This document shows positions 36,218 through 39,576 of a stretch of DNA of 39,576 nucleotides, piece by piece; position 1 is the stretch's first letter; every line of letters begins with the position of its first letter. This DNA comes from a virus (lineage: Duplodnaviria; Caudoviricetes): the IMG/VR virus record IMGVR_UViG_3300021961_000232, positions 1 through 39,576 of that record; one strand, 5' to 3'. The notes beneath the pieces were generated by a model. The model searched no databases. It saw nothing but the letters and a program-made list of their open reading frames with translations, and was not told the DNA's origin. Made by a program: the position numbers and the translations under genes.

Positions 36218-36529
36218 CTACTTACTCTGGTTCTGTTTGGCAATCCTAGCAGCCCACGAAGCGCCAGCCTTTCCGCCCCACGCGAGTTGTGCCACGTCCC
36301 ACGGCGTCACTTCGCCGGGAGCGGCAGTTTTGCTGCGCCCGCTTTGGTGGCGCGAGAAGAACGAGTGCATGCGCTTGACGTGTTCAAGCGTCAATGGCTT
36401 ACCGGCTGCGATCTTTCGTGCGCGAACAGCGGTAGCGGGCTCAAAGCCCTTGCCGGCCTTACCGGCGGCAACAAGTTTTAGGCCGCGTTGTGCAGCCGAA
36501 CGGGCGCCGGGCGGTGGTACAAAACTCAT
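36218..36529 (-). CDS. Conserved phage head-module-associated protein
   Basis: PP.G.R..A.RGL...RAR.IA.G...RM.SFFSRH...LAWGG.AG..WA pattern. Confidence 0.7.
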   Translation of the reverse strand: MSFVPPPGARSAAQRGLKLVAAGKAGKGFEPATAVRARKIAAGKPLTLEHVKRMHSFFSRHQSGRSKTAAPGEVTPWDVAQLAWGGKAGASWAARIAKQNQSK

Positions 36530-36541
36530 ACCAAGAATTTA

Positions 36542-38155
36542 TCATACGCGTGGTGCGCGTTTCACTATCGTGCGCGGCATTCGCGTCTTTTTCTGCGGCA
36601 ACAAATTAATTGGCTTGTACATTGTTTCCTGCATAACGGCGAATGCTCCACTAGCGGCCATGACAAGGTCGTCGTGGCACCCATAATCTGCGCCTTCGCG
36701 TCCGCGCCGGTCATATACAAACGTTTTCAACTCGTCAATCAGGCGTTCGGAGCAGATTGTTTCGGGATGATCCCGGATCTGGGATTGGATTGCGGATAGC
36801 ATGCGGGGCCGCGTGTTCTGATTAGTGAGCCAACCGATTTTCCGGTCAAGGTCGGGGCGTGTGCTGTTGACGTGGCGTGGCCGGTACAGGTTCGGGTAGT
36901 TGAATGTGGTTGTGAGCATGAGAAGTACGGCTTGGCCTTGGTTGTTGCGCTCTACGGCCAGTAGTGCTTTGTTGTAGGTGTGGGCTAGGCGGCTGAGGTC
37001 TTCGGCGTACTCGTCTAGGGCTGGCCGGCCGTGGTATTCGGCGCAGATTTGGCCGTTTTCGGCGTCGATGACGATGGCGGCGGAGTAGTCGGACCCGTCT
37101 TGCGAGTCATAGTTTGTTACGCGGGCTTGATAATCGTCTTCGGTTACGCTGCCTGCTACGTCCGCAAAGACGATGTATGCCCTGTCCTTTTTGGGTGCGT
37201 GATAAATCTTGATCGGGCCGCTTGTGTCTTCAATAAAGCGGATGCTGCCGCCACGAACGGGTTGTCCATACATTCTGCCGCGCTTGCGCGGCTCAGAATG
37301 TTCCAATTTTTGTAGAAACTGGAAGTATTGTCGGCCTGTGGTTTCGGCAAAGTCGCCCAGTACGCGGATTTTGTAGGCCGGCGAGTCGATTCCCCATTGT
37401 TGGGCGGCGTCGGCGGCCCATTCTGGCGTGACAAGAGCGCGAGCGGCGTCTGGATGAACCTCTTCTCCGGTAAAGTTGGGAGAGTCGAACGCGCTGATGT
37501 GGATGCGGTTCCATCCAGAGTCGGGTTTGAAGGCGCGGTAGAACGTTCCGGCGGTGCGGGTCGGGTTTCCGATGAGGAGTACGCGGGCTCCGTCGGCGGT
37601 GAGGAAGCCTTCGGATGCTTCAAAGATGGCGTCGTCTACACCACTGGCCTCGTCTACGACGAGAAGCATGCGTGGGGCGTGGTGGCCTTGAAAGCGTTCG
37701 GGCGTGTCGGTGCTGAGGCCGATAGCGAACCAGTCGGGTGCGACTTCCAACTGCGTTTTGTACAGTTTGCCGAATGCTGGTTGGATGTTGTGGTGCCGCA
37801 TGGCAATTTCGCGCCACAAAAGTTGTTCGACCTGACTCCATGTAGGCGCGGTAGTGATGACGCGGCATGGTCCTTGCAGCATGAACTCTAGTACGACGGC
37901 GCTTGCGACGGCGGTTTTGCCCGAGCCGTGGCACGAACGCACAGCCGTACGCTTGTGTTGTCTCACACTATGGATCACGTCCCATTGTTTGGACCATGGG
38001 TGCATGCCAAGAAGCGCCGGATACACCCAGTCGGGATCCTCAAGGATCTTCTTACGCAAGTCGAACTGGTCCTGCGGAAGATCATTGACAAGCCGCTTCT
38101 TCGTCCCAGCCTTCGCGCGCTTCTTGTTCTCCTGCTTGTCAATCCTCCGGGTCAT
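36542..38155 (-). CDS. terL: Terminase large subunit
   Basis: Walker A VRSCHGSGKT, Walker B LLVVDEA, coupling motif IGNP; nuclease motifs FADVA and HDDLVMA. Confidence 0.95.
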   Translation of the reverse strand: MTRRIDKQENKKRAKAGTKKRLVNDLPQDQFDLRKKILEDPDWVYPALLGMHPWSKQWDVIHSVRQHKRTAVRSCHGSGKTAVASAVVLEFMLQGPCRVITTAPTWSQVEQLLWREIAMRHHNIQPAFGKLYKTQLEVAPDWFAIGLSTDTPERFQGHHAPRMLLVVDEASGVDDAIFEASEGFLTADGARVLLIGNPTRTAGTFYRAFKPDSGWNRIHISAFDSPNFTGEEVHPDAARALVTPEWAADAAQQWGIDSPAYKIRVLGDFAETTGRQYFQFLQKLEHSEPRKRGRMYGQPVRGGSIRFIEDTSGPIKIYHAPKKDRAYIVFADVAGSVTEDDYQARVTNYDSQDGSDYSAAIVIDAENGQICAEYHGRPALDEYAEDLSRLAHTYNKALLAVERNNQGQAVLLMLTTTFNYPNLYRPRHVNSTRPDLDRKIGWLTNQNTRPRMLSAIQSQIRDHPETICSERLIDELKTFVYDRRGREGADYGCHDDLVMAASGAFAVMQETMYKPINLLPQKKTRMPRTIVKRAPRV

Positions 38156-38570
38156 CGACCTCTACGCTCTCTGGCTCAATCTGCTTGACCTCGCGCTTCG
38201 GCAAATCCTTCGCATCAATCCGCCCCAACTGGTTCCAATCAAACGTCGCAGACTCAATCTTGATCGTGTTTGGCCGCTCCTTCGCATACCCGCCGGGGAA
38301 CAGGCGCTCCAACAAGTGGGCGTGCATGCGCCAATCACCATCACCACGATCCATAACATTGCTGACAAGGTTCGCTTGAAGCGTCGCGCGAGCCTTCTGA
38401 AACTTCACAGCAAACTCGTCCTCCTCCTCAACGCGGCGACGAAACGTTTCCTGCGGAATGCCATGCGCCTGCGCAATCGTCATCACCGCAACAGGGCGCC
38501 GAGCCATCTCCAGAATGCTGGCCTTGGCATCCTCAGAAAAATACTTGGCTTCTGTTTCGTCAGTCGTCAT
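38139..38570 (-). CDS. terS: Terminase small subunit
   Basis: N-terminal HTH-like segment and DWR...HLLER motif; directly upstream of TerL. Confidence 0.75.
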   Translation of the reverse strand: MTTDETEAKYFSEDAKASILEMARRPVAVMTIAQAHGIPQETFRRRVEEEDEFAVKFQKARATLQANLVSNVMDRGDGDWRMHAHLLERLFPGGYAKERPNTIKIESATFDWNQLGRIDAKDLPKREVKQIEPESVEVDDPED

Positions 38571-38862
38571 CGCGGCGGTCGTAACGAAGATTATACTTAG
38601 CGTGCTTCGCGGGTTTCCTGTACTTGAACGTGGAACTTACATCATCACAATGCACAATCTGCACCTCACCCGTCACCGTATCAATCCACTTCACATCGCC
38701 ACAACCCTTCTCGTTACGACGCGGCTGCTTATACGAGAACACGTCAGCAAACGTTGACGGTGGGTATCCGTGCCGCTTATTGCCGCGGCGAACACTCTGC
38801 GCATCGTTATACATGCGCATCTCATCCTCATACAAATTATAGTTCCGCTTTGGCCTCTTCAC
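38560..38862 (-). CDS. Hypothetical basic protein
   Basis: 100-aa ORF between the tRNAs and terS; GGAG upstream. Confidence 0.55.
   Translation of the reverse strand: MKRPKRNYNLYEDEMRMYNDAQSVRRGNKRHGYPPSTFADVFSYKQPRRNEKGCGDVKWIDTVTGEVQIVHCDDVSSTFKYRKPAKHAKYNLRYDRRDDD
38590..38595 (-). promoter_or_regulatory. Possible -10 element (TATAAT) for the terminase operon
   Basis: Perfect TATAAT about 20 nt upstream of the terS start in a GC-rich genome. Confidence 0.4.
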
Positions 38863-38895
38863 GATTCTCCAATCTCACAAAGTATGAAAGCCCAA

Positions 38896-38966
38896 TTGGG
38901 GGGCAGGGACTCGAACCCCGATTCGCGGGACCAAAACCCGCTGTCCTGCCATTAGACGACCCCCCA
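38896..38966 (-). tRNA. tRNA-Gln (anticodon TTG)
   Basis: Acceptor TGGGGGG/CCCCCCA, anticodon arm GCGGG-TTTTGGT-CCCGC, T-loop TTCGAGT; CCA not encoded. Confidence 0.92.
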
Positions 38967-38967
38967 G

Positions 38968-39049
38968 TACCGGCAGAGGGAATCGAACCCCCACGCCCAA
39001 AGGCGACAGATTTTGAGTCTGCTGCGTCTACCAGTTCCGCCATGCCGGC
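38968..39049 (-). tRNA. tRNA-Leu (anticodon CAA)
   Basis: Acceptor GCCGGCA/TGCCGGT, anticodon arm GCAGA-CTCAAAA-TCTGT, long variable arm, T-loop TTCGATT; CCA not encoded. Confidence 0.93.
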
Positions 39050-39218
39050 CCACACGCCGACCATAGCACACCACAACATGTACAACACGAACATACTCAT
39101 ACACACACCATGTGTACACACCCAACACAATTCACCACACCCACACACAACACGCTAAACTCTGCACACACAACGCCCCCACGCAGACATTGTGATGCCT
39201 GCCACCGGCCACATCTAA

Positions 39219-39411
39219 CCGCTGACTCCACCGGAATCACAACTACCCCGCACAAGTTGCAATAAGCGGGCCTAGTCCGAGAGCCCACCCCAATAGAGGG
39301 CCGCGACACCGCAAGGTGGAGCGAAACAATGAACGGCTCGCGGGACGCACAGCGAGCAAAAACGGTCGTGCGGCTACCCAAGGGTAGGGAGGGCAACCAA
39401 AGAATCAGCGG
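39219..39411 (+). ncRNA. Candidate multi-branched structured RNA
   Basis: Closing stem CCGCTGACTC/GAATCAGCGG; inner hairpins CACC-GCAA-GGTG, GCTCGC/GCGAGC and CTACC-CAAG-GGTAG; no convincing ORF. Confidence 0.42.
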
Positions 39412-39576
39412 CAAGACGCAGCCTACACCGAATTTGTACCCACAAAAAAACCGGACCGTGGTTGGTACTGGCGACGCGGGCGCGGGGGGGTTGTCGCTCG
39501 CGCGGGCGTGCGGGTGCGGGCGGGCGGGCGCGACGCGCGCACGGGGGGGGCGACCCCACGCGCGGGACCGCCCCAC

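Larger units (their letters stand above)
1..39576. mobile_element. Tailed bacteriophage genome (podovirus-like, probable Actinomycetota host), complete or near complete
   Basis: TerS/TerL, portal, scaffold, capsid, adaptor/nozzle, lysis and recombination genes lie in two convergent arms. No host housekeeping genes and no tape measure protein were seen. Confidence 0.93.

Noticed and set aside
39540-39576. Direct or inverted terminal repeat with the window start
   Set aside because: Only a ~5-nt TGGGG/CCCCA complement is shared; this is not significant in G/C-run sequence.
39097-39576. 159-aa minus-strand ORF at the window end
   Set aside because: It has low-complexity Arg/Pro/Val/Cys composition and overlaps the tRNA promoter and the structured region, so it is probably non-coding.

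Overview
The window looks like a complete or near-complete ~39.6 kb, high-GC tailed phage genome with podovirus-like architecture and a probable Actinomycetota host. Host clues are an Rpf-like gene, a Gp88-like gene, extended -10 promoters and leaderless starts. The + strand arm (~59-10859) carries early and recombination genes: Gp88-like, DUF932, a Rad52/Sak-like annealase, a PD-(D/E)XK exonuclease, SSB, a secreted Rpf-like protein and a RuvC-like resolvase. The - strand arm (~39049-10813) carries two tRNAs, TerS/TerL, a head-spike module, portal, scaffold, major capsid, adaptor, nozzle, fibre, candidate ejection proteins, an M23 peptidase, a CHAP endolysin, a metallophosphoesterase and a holin. 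No integrase, DNA polymerase, primase, helicase or tape measure was recognised. Three things stand out. First, the early region holds a set of non-coding RNA devices: a canonical pseudoknotted hammerhead ribozyme (2718-2778) directly upstream of an unrecognised kissing-loop RNA, an anticodon-less mini-tRNA, and hairpins with anti-Shine-Dalgarno loops. Second, a 2136-aa candidate ejection protein contains an inserted tandem HipA/PI3K-like kinase and R-S-E ADP-ribosyltransferase. Third, five early promoters share an 11-bp-phased upstream repeat. All calls come from reading motifs by eye; no searches or folding programs were run.
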